Assembly (NCBI GenBank): GCA_965178125.1
Contig: OZ237749.1
Location: 434,001 to 498,000 of the forward strand
Length of the DNA stretch: 64,000 nt
Direction of reading: 5' to 3'
Source: Bilabrum cf. latius
Lineage: Eukaryota
Shown: positions 63,990-64,000 of the stretch, piece by piece
How the letters are laid out: the number at the start of each line of letters is the position of its first letter
Numbering within the stretch: the stretch's first letter is position 1
The notes under the pieces: generated by a model
The model's input: the letters and a program-made list of their open reading frames with translations, nothing else
Databases searched by the model: none
What the model was told of the DNA's origin: nothing
Made by a program: the position numbers and the translations under genes

Positions 63990-64000
63990 TGAAGTTGATC

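Noticed and set aside
1-64000. Pyrrolysine or a recoded phage/prokaryotic origin
   Set aside because: Spliceosomal introns and eukaryote-specific genes (TM9SF, HACD, RMDN) are present. No pyl genes, operons or phage genes were seen.
1-64000. Suppressor tRNA(CUA), rRNA, CRISPR array or transposase
   Set aside because: None recognised by eye; a tRNAscan-SE run would be needed to exclude a tRNA.

Overview
A gene-dense, GC-rich eukaryotic (protist-like) nuclear region with GT-AG spliceosomal introns and about 20 protein genes. The main result is a non-standard nuclear genetic code in which UAG is read as glutamine while UAA and UGA remain stops. The supplied ORF track is fragmented because most genes carry several in-frame TAGs. 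Successive fragments stay in one frame and join into long coherent proteins that end only at TGA or TAA. TAG sits at Gln positions in SUFU (NPLQ), YbaB, paralogous Zn2Cys6 clusters, an RRLQ motif, a GKGQ repeat and a polyQ tract. Read this way, the window contains six paralogous 1.1-1.6 kaa Zn2Cys6 transcription factors sharing a PAS-like core and an unrecognised C-terminal domain, a 2.3 kaa Clu-SUFU fusion, a DEK1-like membrane protein, SRAP/HMCES, HACD, a Cys-less pentameric ion channel, TM9SF, YbaB/EbfC, a Tim21/Coa1-like protein, an S41-like peptidase and an RMDN-like protein. There is also an unassigned ~300-nt structured RNA candidate. All translations and alignments were done by eye from remembered family motifs; no database search was run.
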